44,583 nucleotides of DNA, from positions 31,016,724 through 31,061,306 of the forward strand of contig JBOZIK010000001.1 of NCBI GenBank assembly GCA_051453625.1. Direction: 5' to 3'. Position numbers and translations under genes: made by a program. Below, piece by piece: positions 12,826-24,479 of the stretch. The notes below the pieces were generated by a model, which was not told the origin of the DNA, searched no databases, and was given only the letters and a program-made list of their open reading frames with translations. This stretch comes from Welwitschia mirabilis. Taxonomy: Eukaryota. How positions within the stretch are numbered: position 1 is the first letter of the stretch; every line of letters starts with the position of its first letter.

Positions 12826-15800
12826 TTCTTGAGTAAGTGGTTTTATAAATATATCTGCTATTTCAAAACTAGATTCTATATGATCAATCTTGATAAAATC
12901 CTTGTCAATCAGATCTCTGATAAAGTGATGCTTGATGTCTATATGTTCAGTTTGTGCATGAGATACTGGATTTTTTGCAATATCGATGGCTATAGTATTA
13001 TCACAAAACATGTGAATTGGTGCTTTATTAGAAAATCCCATTTTTGAAATTAGTGAGTGTATCCAAACAACTTGCTTTGCAGCTTTACAAAGAGCAACAT
13101 ATTCTTCCTCTATAGATGATACTGCTGCTATGCTCTATTTTTTGGAAGATCAAGAGATTAGTGAATGTGCAAAAAAGTAGCAATAACCTATCATTGGTTT
13201 GCAATCATCAAGATAACCTCCCTAATCAGCATCTGAGTAACCATGAAGAACTAAGTTTATTTTATTCTTGTGATATTTGAGACCAAAAGAACTTGTTTTC
13301 CAAGTATCTAAGAATATGCTTAGTATTTTTCTAGTGTAAGAATTTAGGATTTTGCATAAATCTAGAAAGATAATTGATGCTGAACTGAATATCAGGTCTC
13401 GTAATCATTAAGTATAAGAAACTTCCAATTAGTAAGTAATATAAAGTGGCTTCAACAGTAGGTTAATCATCATCTTTTGCAAGTTTAATATTAGCAAGAA
13501 GTGGAGTGAATACTGATTTATAATTTGGCATATTAACGCTTTAAAGCAGACTTTGTGTAAATCTTCATTGGTATAGATATACTGAGAAAGGATCCTTCTT
13601 TATTTCAATCCCAAGGAAATAGGTTATCTCACTTAATGGTCATCTCAAATTTCTTTTCCATCATTTATCAAAAAATTTTGTTCATCAGAGCTAAGGATGA
13701 GAAATATATCAGGTCGTGAACATATAATCAAACAAAGGTATAATTATCATTTACTGTTTTCTTGTAAATATTTGATTCAGAAAATAGATGCTAAAACCCT
13801 ACATTTATAAAGAATTCATGGATTCTTTTAAACCAAGCTCTTAGTTCCTGTTTAGGTCCATATAAACCTTTGTGTAAGTGATAAAAATATGATATGGATA
13901 ATTCTTATGTATAAAACCTTATAGTGGTTTGACATATACTTCTTTCTCCAATTGACTATTTAAAAAGGCTGAGGCTACATCAAGCTCAAGAATTCAAGTA
14001 TTTAGATTGATAGCAATGGCTAGAAAAATTTTAACTAATTCAACTCACAATACTAGAGCAAAGCTTTCTTCAAAATCATGACCTTGATGTTGATTATAAC
14101 CTTTGGTAACAAGGTGAGATTTATATTTTTCAATAAATCTGATTTGATCTTGCTTGACACGAAATACCCATTTAAGGCCTATTATGGGTTTATGTGTTAG
14201 TCGTGGGACTAAAGTCCAAGTTTGATTTTTAGTAGTTTGTAATATTTCATGATGCATTGCATTATGCCATTGTGGAAGTGTTAGAGCTTATTCAACAGTG
14301 GAAAGTTCTAGGTGATCTCCCCCCTTTACTATTGTAACAAGGAATAGATAATTCAAATCATTATGGTGGAAGAGGGGATTGAAATCTTCAATGAAAAAAG
14401 GATCAGGATAAAGGATGTCTAGGAATAAGGAGAGGGGGAAGGGGGAGGGGAGGATTTGAAAATGCCATACTAGGGGGAGGTAAAGGCATTATGAGGGACT
14501 TAAGTGAGTTATCCTCATTAGGGGGTGGATAAGAAGGGGATAGGGGTATTAGCATTGCATAGAGAATAATTAATTAAAGGTAAGTGGTGTAAAAGAAACA
14601 CTCCCCTTTGAATAATATGGTAGTTGGAAGGAATACATGGGGGTATTTTTGAAATTATTAAAAAATTAGAGGAAAAATGTCTCATGGATGGGAGACATAC
14701 AAAAGGGATGCCATGTGTGCAATTGATGCTGACGAGGCATTATGACATGTCAATGGCGATGGGCAATTTTGTGTTTGATGGATTGACGCAAATGTACTCA
14801 AGGAAGAAGTCTGCCTAAGTAGTGATCGGGGCAATTAGGGTACTTGGGAGTGGGCTGACATTATTAGTAGTAAATTAAACTCTTAAGCTACTATTTAGCT
14901 TGAATTGAAGGCATGGTCTGGCAACGACAGTAGAGTCTAGTGAGACAATGTCATTGTGCAAGCAAACGTTCATGGTAGAGTCAGTGTCGGATTGAACAGC
15001 AGCAAGAGGATGCAGGCGATCGTCTGTGGAAGGGGATGACTGTGAGATATTATCGGTCTCAGATTAAGCGTCAGTCGTTGGCTGGAGAGGGCATGTCGGA
15101 GGTGAGAAGGCACTTTATAGTGTGCATTGAGTCTATGATTTCAGAGTGCAATGAGGCTATAGAAAAATGAGAGTGACTGCAGGAGGTTCACTAGCCGTGA
15201 GTACACTAGAGATTTACAGAACGGCGCAGGAGGGTAGTGGATGAGAGCATAGTGAGACACAAGAGGAAGGCGCGCTGCAGGCGGAGGCAGTGTTGGGCAC
15301 ACCTAGTTGAAAGCTGGGAAGATCTGCGTGAATGCTTTGCTTATGGGGAATGGTTGGCCAGGAGTGTGATGCACTGTGGGCTAGGAGCGGCACTTGTTGA
15401 AATCTGCCAAAAACAAAGAAAGTATCTAGCAGAAGGATGGAGGGAGTCCCATGGTGAGTGTGGCGATGGGAGTATTCAATGTCCAACATTTGAGAGGCAG
15501 GGTGTAGACATTAAGGCTTCCTCAAGCAGATGGTATTAGGGAGGTGGAGAGTGTTGGGCTGAGAAGTGGAGTATGAGCCATGGAAATGGTAACTGAAGAA
15601 GAAGGAGGATTGGTGTTACTTAAAGAAGGAGATGCTAAAATGGAGGGATTTGTTACTATAAGAGAGGCTTGGAAAGGGGGGTGGTTAGGATAGGATATTG
15701 TACTTGGGGATATAGAATGTATTAAGGCAAGGGGATGGGAATTGTGATGAGAAAAAAAAAAAAGGATATGATAGAGAAGTATTATTTAAAGGGGTGTTGG

Positions 15801-18040
15801 GTGATAAAGAAGTCTTAATGATTTTTACATCTCTTGAAACTAAAATTTTGTTGTTATCTAGATTAAGGCATTAATGAGTTTTTGAATTTTCCTCATAACC
15901 TAGAAAAATACATACCTGTTCTTTATCATACACTTTCAGAGTTGTTTTGGAATCTTGCCATAGCAAATTGAATCAAAAATCTTTAGATGAAAAATGTTTG
16001 GTTTTTAATCATACCATGGTTCAAAAGGGACTATACCATTTAAGCTTTTGTATGTTACTTAATTTAAAATATAAATTGCTATAGAACAAGATTTAATCTA
16101 AAAAACTTTATCTAACCTAGACTATTATAGTAAGCATCTTGTCATTTTTGCTATTATTTGATTTTTCCTTTTAGCTATGCCATTTTCTTAAGGTGTATAA
16201 CCTGTAGCTGTCTGAAGAATTATTTGATGATATATGTAATATAATTCAAAATCATGTGAGGTAAATTCTTTTCCTCGATTACTTTGAAGTTTTTTTCAAT
16301 TTATATTCTTTTTGTATTTCTATCATATTTTTGTATATCTTAAAGAAATCTAATACTTGATCTTTCATTTGAAGGAAGACACCCCAGAACATTCTAGAAT
16401 AATCATCTATAATAACACACTTGTATTGTGCCTTCCAAAAACTTAATGTTTGCATTGGACAACATAGATTCAATGTACTAGATCTAAATAGTGTGTACAT
16501 ATTCCTTGATACTTAGGAAATGGTTGTCTTTTTGCTTTTCCAATAGAACAAATCTAATAATCTATTGAATCAGGAAGAGAGAAATGAGACATACCTTGAA
16601 CAAATTGCTTTTTTTGCATCATATCTATTGACTTAAAATTGACACATCCTAGTCTAAGATGTCATATCCAAGGATTTGATTTGTTTGCTAGTAGAAAATT
16701 AAGTTATTTTTGGATCTGTAATTTATACATCCTATTTTGACTCATTGGAGTCAAGGTAATTATCTTACCTTAATTTTCAATAATCTTATAAAAACCTTTG
16801 TTAAATATTACTGTATAATTTTTAGAGCAAAGTTAACCAGCACTTAAAAGATTCTTTTATAGATCAGAAACTATATAAATGTCACAAATCATAAGTGAAT
16901 TACCTACTATTGTTGTGAATTTTATAGATCCAATCCCTGTAATCATTATCTTAGTGCCTATTCCAACTATAACTTCTCCATCATGTTTATGTAGATCTAA
17001 AAGTAGGGATTCATCACTAGTCATGTGATGACTACATCCAGTATCACATACTAATCAACCCTTGAATCTAAATATTCTTCATCATTGGTTGTCAGAAAGT
17101 AACTTTGATTTTTTCTTTCTTCTAAAAAAAGAGTTCTTCATAGGCTAATTTTTCTTCCTCTACATAATGTACGACATCTTTATTCTGAAAATTTTTCCTT
17201 CTTTCATCAATTTAATTTATAATGATTTTCTTTCTTATAATAGTTACACCACCTTCTAGATCTAAAAGTATTAGATCTAGCTCCTTGATATTCTTGATCT
17301 TATTGTTATTGATGAAAACTTTGATTAGAATGATTATTATCTTTACAACTTTGAAATCCACGACCATTGGCTTAGTTTGTAGATTGATATTGATGTCATT
17401 TTTGGCATGAAGATCTCGCAATATTCTTCTGGATTTGAAATGCATTTGTTAATATGCTTCATGCAAGTTTTAAAGCTTCCACTAAGCTTAACCATCATCA
17501 AAGTATCGACATCTTTACTTTTTTCTATCATAGAAATGATAAGATCATAATGCCTTACAACTGTGCAAAGGATCTTATTCATAATCTTTGATTCTTTGAC
17601 ATCTTCTTCACTAGCTTGTAGTGCATTCACAATCTCTTGAAGAGGAGTAACATAATGCTCAAGAGATTTAGACTCNNNNNNNNNNNNNNNNNNNNNNNNN
17701 NNNNNNNNNNNNTGCAATCTCACTTTCTTTACTCGATCTGATCCTTTAAACTCAATCTCGAGTTCTTTCCAAGATTCTTTCACCTCGATGTAATTAGCAA
17801 TCTTAGGAAAGATTATATTACTAACACTTATCTAAAGATTGTATAATACTCATGCATTTCTCCCTTCTAATGTTGTCAGAATTGCAGCGTCCGTGTTGCT
17901 TATAGGGACTATTACGATTAATCCCAAAGATTTTGGGCCCTTAAGAATGTTTTCATCTTGATTGGCCAATAATCATAATTTTCTCCTTTAAAGAAAGGAG
18001 AAGCAAAGGAGATGAAGGCATTTGAATTACCATTAGCTGT
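12826..18040 (-). pseudogene. Copia gag-pol pseudogene
   Basis: gag FKGENYDYWPIKMKTFLRAQNLWD (about 17925-17995); protease DTGCSHHMTSD (about 17015-17050); integrase HLRLG and IIDDYSRMFWGVFL; RT WTLVPR...GLKWVFRVK...LVTKGYNQ; RNase H CDNTIAIDIAKNPVSHAQTEHIDIKHHFIRD...ADIFIKPL. Many stops and frameshifts. Confidence 0.95.
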
Positions 18041-18077
18041 TATATCTATTGATTGAAGCTTTAACAATGTAACCTAG

Positions 18078-18089
18078 TCTCTGATAACA
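18078..18089 (-). promoter_or_regulatory. Primer-binding site (tRNA-iMet type)
   Basis: Minus strand TGTTATCAGAGA versus consensus TGGTATCAGAGC, 2 nt from the LTR. Confidence 0.85.
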
Positions 18090-18091
18090 AA

Positions 18092-18273
18092 TGAGAGAGA
18101 ATGAACTCGTGAATTCAAAAATAAAATTGGCTAAATATGTTCTATTAGTATTTGAGATTAAGCCTCAATAAATACAACTTGAGAAGGAAGAAAATATTTG
18201 ATAGAGAAGATTAAGAAAAAATTAGAGAAAATCAAGGGAAGATAAGTTAGAACATTGACATCACATCCTAACA
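18092..18273 (-). repeat. 5' LTR of Copia element (182 bp)
   Basis: TG...CA termini, adjacent PBS and TSD. Confidence 0.9.
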
Positions 18274-19154
18274 CTTAAATTAATAAAATGTGCACAATGG
18301 ATTTAAGTTTTTACATAAATTCCACTTATTTTTATTATGTATAATAACAAGGATCAATCTCAGTTTTAATCAAATTTTTATCTTAAGTTTTCTACCATTT
18401 TCCTAAGGATTTTAATTCCTCTTTGATGAGATACTTTTTTTTTACTTTAGTAAGCATAATGGTTATTCTAGTAAATTACCTTCATGAAGTAAGTTTAGGA
18501 TAAGAAGGCGACTTAGGCACTTGAATAATTAGTATTAATAGATTACTTGTCAAATAATACAATTATATTTAGAATCAAAGATTTGAGTAGATGTCTACTC
18601 TTATTTATTATTCTTTTTTGCCTTCATCATCTTCTTTGATATGGTTTATTACTTCAATAAGGATTTGAAAAACCTATTTAATGAAGCAAATATTTTTTTT
18701 ATGACATTATTTAGTAGTTTAGCACTCAAAACAAGATTTGCCTATACAATTAAAACTAGAAGCATAATTTGTGATTGACATGCAAACTTTGCATTTTTTT
18801 GGGCTGAAGCTTCCTTCAATAAAATCTCCAAATAATGTAATATAATGCTAGGATAGAATAGTATATGTTACCATGGTATGTCTAATCTCTTAAGGTTTAA
18901 AGATGGAGATCTTAGTCTCTTTGTCCAAATGAAGAAAGTGAATTAGTCTTCTACTTTGTAGGGGCATGATGAAGGAGGTAAATTTTCTACCACAAACATG
19001 TAGTAATCTTTACATAGGGTATGATTTATGTTAAAAATAGCTTTGCCAATACTCTAATGAATAAAGAGATGTTTATAAGAAAAATATTTCATTTGAACTC
19101 ATAGTATATCCATTTTTCAAAGATATCAACTTCATTTTTACTTCATCAAATTTC

Positions 19155-19426
19155 TGTCACATCCACATTTTTACATTTCCTATAAAATTTGTAAGTTTAT
19201 GTTTAATGAAATATTTGGAAAATTTTGATTTACTTAAAATCCCCAATTGTTGTAAATGCTATTATTCTTAAAATGCAGTCTTATTAAATTGTAATATGAA
19301 TATTGTTTTGTGTAAATATTTGTACCCAATTTTTATATGCTCTTGTGGTGGAAATGATATCTTTTATTATGCAATTGAATGCAAATACTGAATTGAATGT
19401 AGACTGTGAAGATATGTTATTTATTC
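19155..19426 (+). repeat. Left terminal inverted repeat
   Basis: TGTCACATCCACATTTTTACATTTC...GTTATTTATTC; reverse complement of the right arm. Confidence 0.9.
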
Positions 19427-19438
19427 CTTTCATGTTAT

Positions 19439-19472
19439 CACACACACACACAAACACACACACACACACACA
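19439..19472. repeat. (CA)n microsatellite
   Basis: About 17 CA units with one interruption. Confidence 0.95.
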
Positions 19473-19742
19473 TATATAAAGAAAAAGGGTTGAAATGTTC
19501 TTTTTAATACTAAGGAACTATGAGTAAGCCCATCAAAATCGCGTTTCTTATTAAAACAATAATATATTTAGTAGTGACACTCTTTTAATTAGTTGGACTT
19601 TATTAGATGTCTAGAAAAACATGAACAAGGTATTTAAGATCCTTCATATTAAACTCATGTCCTGTGAAAATTAAAACCTAGGCTTTCATATTGTGTGTAT
19701 ACTCCTCTTCATAATAACTATGCCAATGAAATTGTAACCTAT

Positions 19743-19895
19743 GCTCTGATACCAAATGTAAAGACCCAAACTTCTATAGTTGAAATATCTCTATAAACTT
19801 TATCACTTTGATACCAAAATATGAAACCCCAAAATTACTAATGTTGAAAACCTCAAAACTTACTCTAATGCTTTGATACCTAAAATGTAACACCC
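19743..19895 (-). promoter_or_regulatory. Three tandem LTR-end/tRNA-Met PBS junctions
   Basis: Plus strand GCTCTGATACCAAATGTAAAGACCC (19743), ACTTTGATACCAAAATATGAAACCCC (about 19805) and GCTTTGATACCTAAAATGTAACACCC (19870). Period about 63 bp. Confidence 0.8.
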
Positions 19896-20763
19896 ACTTT
19901 TCTTATTCTAAAGTTATGAACGTTACTTATTTAGTAAGGGATTAAATCCTTATTATTCTCCTCCAACAAAGCATTAATTAAAAGCAATCTAGAAAATTTA
20001 ACTTTGAATGTTCATCTCAATAATTTATAACTTCCTTGGTAATGGTTCTCTTTAAGCTAATCCTCTCCTCCATGATATCTTAAATTAGTTTTTTAAAGGA
20101 AACTTTCCTACTAACTGATCTTATAACCCTTAATTAATTTAAAGAAGAAAGATAACCTTTTTTTCTTGGGATTTAAATTTTCTTAGGAAGAAGGAAAAGT
20201 CTCTTGTCCACATTTAAAATAAATTTTATCAAAGATACATTAAAAAACTTCTAATAGACTCAAGAAAACATCAACTTATCATAAAATCTTCCAAAGTTTT
20301 CAAATAAAATTTTCCAAGGAAATTTTTCAATTAAAATATAATAATAATGCATAAATTCAAGTTTATTGCAAGAAGAATCTCAAGAATCCATAAGTTTTCC
20401 ATTCAATATCTAATAAAATATTTCATAAACACATGGGAAAAGATTCAAGATTTTAACAAATTCATCAGTAACTCAAAATTATGATCTCTAATAAATAAAT
20501 TTTATTTCAAGAAGGAAAATCATCATTCCATAAAAAATTCAAGCCCTACATTTATGAATAAATAGAGTCTGTTTCTCATCACAATAATAAGTAACACATT
20601 ATGATTATTCATGAGTTTAAATAATTAACTGGACTAGCCCAAGAGATATAATAAATTAGAGGATTTTTCCACTAATATAGATCCAACAATCCATCATGAA
20701 CTTATGCCATCTCAACAATCAGACACTAGATTTTTCACCTGTCACAAAAAGATATAGAATGAG

Positions 20764-22052
20764 AATTGTGAAAATTTCATAGCCCCTAGTATGGCCTAAG
20801 CAAGAATAGGTATTTTGATAAGATTTATCAAGAATTAAGGCAGAAAGAATAAATCAAGATTCCAATAAATTCAATTTATACCATAGATAATGAGCTCATG
20901 ATTATGAACGAGAATGTTAAATATAATATATATAATCTTAATCATCATTAACTTCACTGCCTCATTTGATAATCTATGAAGCCCACTACCTCATTCGGCG
21001 ATCTATGATTCTCATATAATATTTAACTTTATTGCCTTATTTGGCGATTTGTAAAGCCCACTGCCGATCTGTGAAGCCCATTGCCTCATTCGGCGATCTA
21101 TAGTTCTCTTATAATATTTAACTTTACTGTCTCATTTGGTGATTTGTAAAGTACACTGCCTCATTCAGTGATCTGTGGTACTTATATATATATATATATA
21201 AAATCTCAATCATCATTAACTTGACTACCTTATTCGGCAATCTGTAAAGCCCACTACCTCATNNNNNNNNNNNNNNNNNNNNNNNNNNNNNNNNNNNNNN
21301 NNNNNNNNNNNNNNNNNNNNNNNNNNNNNNNNNNNNNNNNNNNNNNNNNNNNNNNNNNNNNNNNNNNNNNNNNNNNNNNNNNNNNNNNNNNNNNNNNNNN
21401 NNNNNNNNNNNNNNNNNNNNNNNNNNNNNNNNNNNNNNNNNNNNNNNNNNNNNNNNNNNNNNNNNNNNNNNNNNNNNNNNNNNNNNNNNNNNNNNNNNNN
21501 NNNNNNNNNNNNNNNNNNNNNNNNNNNNNNNNNNNNNNNNNNNNNNNNNNNNNNNNNNNNAACTGTGAAAATCTCACAGCTCCCAGTATGGCCCAGGCAA
21601 GAATAGGTGTTTTGACAAGATATTTCAAGGATTAAGACAACACAGAAAAGTTCAAGGCTTTCAAGAAATCCAAGACATACACGATTAATGAACTCATGGT
21701 TATGAACGAGAATATCAAATATAATATATATAATCATCATTAACTTCACTGCCTCATTTGACGATCTATGAAGCCCACTGCCTCATTCGGCGATATATGA
21801 TTCTCATATAATATTTAACTTTATTGCCTTATTTGGCGATTTGTGAAGCCCACTGCCGATCTGTGAATATATAATCTCAATCATCATTAAGTTGACTACC
21901 TTATTCAGCAATCTGTAAAGCCCACTACCTCATTTGATGATCTATGGTAATATAATATTTCCACTACCTCATTCAGTGATCTATGGGATTCTCTCTTCAC
22001 TATCTTGTTTGGCGATCTGTGAAGTCCATTGCCTCATTCAGTGATCTATGAA
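20764..22052. repeat. Hierarchical minisatellite: 27-28 bp units (CCCACTGCCTCATTCGGCGATCTATGAAG-like) inside a duplicated block
   Basis: More than 12 degenerate units visible. Block 20764-21262 recurs, diverged, from 21561; an N-gap lies between them. Confidence 0.9.
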
Positions 22053-22314
22053 AATCTATAACCATAAGTTCAATATTATGATATCATGAACTCAAGAGAA
22101 TATATGACATAATACCTCGACAAGACTTTAAAAGAGATTACAAGATGAGTACGATGGATTTAATCACGATCTTTCATCTCATACAAAAGATAATTTAAAT
22201 ATATTGAGGAATGGTACATGAAGATAAAATATGCTTCTACTCAAGGTTTCTCTCATTCAATAAACATAACCATATTTTAGGAAATTCACATTCATCAATC
22301 TTAATAAATAAATG

Positions 22315-22578
22315 AATACAAAAGGACCATCAAGAATATACAAGAAAATAAAACCATACACAGCATGATGATTTCGATACATATTGCATAAGAATGAACC
22401 AATAAATAAGCACAAAAGTAAAGAACCATATGATAAACGTGATAATATAAATACAAAATACATAAGAAAGGACCAACAAGGAAGCGTAAAAGTATAGAAC
22501 CATACATAAACATGACAATTTCAATACAAAATGCATAAGAAAGAACCATTAAGAAAGCACAAATTACTGAACCATACC
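22315..22578. repeat. About 73-bp tandem repeat, roughly 3.5 copies
   Basis: AACCATAC...ATACAAAATGCATAAGAAAGAACCA...AAGCACAAA recurring at about 22351, 22424, 22498 and 22570. Confidence 0.8.
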
Positions 22579-23008
22579 AAGTTTTAAGAAGAACTCAAGA
22601 TCTTTACAAGTCTTCAAGGTTTTTCTAGTCTTCAAGACTCGATAGCAGAAGGTTCTCCAAAAATGAAAGTGAGGAAAAATGAAAAGGATAATCCTATTTA
22701 TAATTAAGGTTTGGTGGAATGTGAAGAGTCACAAGAATATGAGAAAAAAATGAAAGTTATTAAAGATTNNNNNNNNNNNNNNNNNNNNNNNNNNNNNNNN
22801 NNNNNNNNNNNNNNNNNNNNNNNNNNNNNNNNNNNNNNNNNNNNNNNNNNNNNNNNNNNNNNNNNNNNCATGCATGTAAAGATAAAACATCATGAATGAG
22901 GGTAGTTAAGAGAGGGATTACATAACATCTCATAAATGATTACCTAGCCACCAGATGCTTTTAATAATATAATCAAGATAATGCTTCACATTTAATAATG
23001 AAAAAAAT

Positions 23009-23280
23009 GAATAAATAACATATCTCCATAGTATACATTCAATTAAGTATTTACATTCAATTGCATAATAAAAGATATTATTTCCACAATAAGAGCATAT
23101 AAAAATTAGGTATAAACATTTACACAAAACGGTATTCATATTACAATTTAATAAGACTACATTTCAAGAATCATAGCATTTACAACAATTGGGGGTTTCA
23201 AGTAAATCAAATTTTTTTAAATATTGTATTAAACATAAACTTATAAATTTTATAAGAAATGTAAAAATGTGTATGTGACA
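23009..23280 (-). repeat. Right terminal inverted repeat
   Basis: GAATAAATAAC...GAAATGTAAAAATGTGTATGTGACA. Confidence 0.9.
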
Positions 23281-24479
23281 ATTTCACATAAGATACAATT
23301 TCAAAAAAAGTACTAAAAGCAAGATGAAATAACTCTTAGTTTCTTTTGTATCTATAAAACTGGGATTATTTTTGTACAATGATGCTTTCATCTATGTAAG
23401 TGCTAAATAAGAAAAGAAATTTATTTTTACTAGTTTGGGCATTAAATTTTAATAAGAAATTATATAAACTTAGAGTTTTAGCTTTTTTAGTATTCTTTTT
23501 AATGCTAAAATATAGTACAAATTCATCATAACATGTTTACTAAAACTAAAATTTAGTAGAGATGAATTTCTAGTAATATGTTTACATCTTGCACTATATT
23601 TTTGGATTCGATATGGTTGCTAAGTATGTTAATATTTGGAATCCTTGATCTTAAAAAATTTTAGATATCTATTCTCTAGTTTGATAAATACTTTTCCACA
23701 CTCTAAACAAGATCTTTTCTCATTATTATACTACTAACATGTTGCAATTAAAAGGATGCTAATTTAACTAGTAATATCTTAAACTTCTATTGATAGAGGA
23801 TTGGATTTAAAACTTTGATTTTATATTAGATATTATTGAGAAACAAGATTTTCAAGATCATGATATAAGATTTCTAAAAAAAACTGAATTTTATGTTTCC
23901 TCCTCTCGTTATTGCATGAAGATCTTGCTTTATAAAGGCAATCATGCCACTAGGGTTTTACCTACCCTTAAGCAAGGAACCACATAAGTCTTAGCAATTC
24001 ACCCTTCCTTTAATGTGAAAATACATTTCAAGAAAAAACCAGAGTGCCTGGGGAAAAACCATGGAAATGTAACCTACAATAAAACCTCTAAAAAGGGGTT
24101 GCCATCTAAGAGAACTTCTTTATTAAAGAAGTAGTTAATTTACTACTAGACATCTCATAGCAAATAGGATTATTATGTGTATTAAACATTTCATAATATT
24201 ATGCCAAAACATGTAATGCACATCGTATAGTACTAGGCCATATTCGCATTACACATCTCATAGTAGTAGAATCAAGTGCAACTTCAATCAAGGACTCATA
24301 AGTCAAATAAAGTCCATAATGTACAAGAAATAAATGAGTTGATTCAAATAATTGTTAATCTGATTTTAGATTAGAAATACTAGAACTTCTTTTAATTAAG
24401 TAATTTGATAAGGACATTGGTAGTTTATTCTATAGTAAGATAGTATACTAGTATAGTAATTTCATTCTCTATGAGTTCC

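Larger units (their letters stand above)
12566..18273 (-). mobile_element. Full-length decayed Ty1/Copia LTR retrotransposon
   Basis: Paired LTRs at 12566-12737(gap) and 18092-18273 with TG...CA ends. Perfect 5-bp TSD CTTAA at 12561-12565 and 18274-18278. Met-PBS present. Domain order gag-PR-IN-RT-RH. Confidence 0.95.
19886..22922 (-). mobile_element. Long LTR of a Tekay/Del-like chromovirus (Ty3/Gypsy), internal coding region absent
   Basis: Ends TGTAACACCC ... GAGGGATTACA are typical chromovirus LTR termini. Met-PBS adjacent. About 3 kb including gaps, with internal tandem repeats. Confidence 0.7.
19155..23280. mobile_element. Unclassified element with 272-bp terminal inverted repeats, TGT...ACA ends and 5-bp TSD
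   Basis: 19155-19426 is the reverse complement of 23009-23280 (about 26 mismatches counted by eye, about 90%). ATTTC lies immediately outside both ends (19150-19154 and 23281-23285). Confidence 0.8.

Noticed and set aside
15237-15539. 100-aa plus-strand ORF (and 14624-14818) as an antisense gene
   Set aside because: No recognisable domain; expected by chance in the GC-richer Copia linker.
20955-22052. CRISPR-like repeat/spacer appearance
   Set aside because: Units are degenerate and often directly adjacent, the linkers themselves repeat, there are no cas genes, and the context is a eukaryotic LTR.
22257-22549. Three overlapping minus-strand ORFs
   Set aside because: By-product of the 73-bp tandem repeat.
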